64,000 nucleotides of DNA, taken from positions 108,314,001 to 108,378,000 of the forward strand of contig JAGIQG010000001.1 of assembly GCA_024679065.1 (NCBI GenBank), in the 5' to 3' direction. Below, piece after piece: positions 63,530 to 64,000 of this stretch; position 1 is the stretch's first letter, and each line of letters opens with the position of its first letter. Origin of the DNA: Sphyrna mokarran (Eukaryota). Both the position numbers and the translations under genes were made by a program. A model generated the notes under the pieces. It was not told the DNA's origin, did not search any database, and saw nothing but the letters and a program-made list of their open reading frames with translations.

Positions 63530-64000
63530 ATGGTACAGAGAAATAAATTTGCAAGGAAATCGTAGAGAGTTGCAAGAATTATCAAGTATTAAAGTGAGGA
63601 ATTTTAATTAATCTAAAACAGACCGGGATTGTTTGTGTTTAGGCACATTTTCTTCAACAGTTATATGTGTTGTCCAATGAAGAAGGAGACTTTGTTGGGT
63701 CTGATTCTGAGGAATGATATGAGTCAAGTGAATAAAACATCAATAGAGGAATATTTAGGAGAATATGATCATAGTATCATAAAATCTAGATAGCTCTATG
63801 TCCTTTTCCACAGTTAATCTGGAACAAAATTAATTAAATAGGGTAAGACCAACTTCAGTAGGATGAGAATTGATCTGGCTCAAGTAAATTGGAATCAAAA
63901 TTGGCAGACAAAACTGTCATGGAACAATGGGTTGCCTTTAATTTGGAGATGATTTAGGTACAGTCAAGGTATATGCTAATGAAGGAGAGTGGTCTTTGAA
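63530..64000 (+). mobile_element. CR1 ORF2 endonuclease/linker fragment, runs off window
   Basis: Decayed LGLILRND..QV....EEYLGEYDH motif then ..NFSRMRIDLAQVNW. Confidence 0.7.

Noticed and set aside
1-64000. The remaining 60-110 aa ORFs in the supplied track
   Set aside because: They are antisense shadows of exons, TE fragments or chance ORFs, with no recognisable domains or splice-supported structure.

Overview
Vertebrate, not prokaryotic, DNA; the V-SINE/HE1-like SINEs, CR1, Rex1 and Penelope repeats point to a cartilaginous fish, probably a shark. The window lies inside one large minus-strand gene, PTPN13 (FAP-1/PTP-BL). I traced 21 consecutive GT-AG coding exons (60336 down to 128; 3761 nt) with compatible phases. 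They encode most of the FERM domain, the linker, PDZ1, PDZ2, PDZ3 and the first part of PDZ4; the N-terminal and phosphatase exons lie outside the window. Introns are full of decayed, often nested transposable elements. No genuinely new multi-gene system is supportable. The best leads are: (i) minimal hammerhead-ribozyme motifs in Penelope remnants, the best-preserved ones antisense to the gene; (ii) a candidate microexon/cassette-exon cluster before PDZ1; (iii) a conserved PDZ2a/b alternative donor (VLFCK vs mammalian VLFDK); (iv) a solo LTR with a target-site duplication next to a perfect 18-bp minisatellite. Exon coordinates were read base by base. Repeat boundaries are approximate, and repeat family names and human comparisons are from memory, not database searches.
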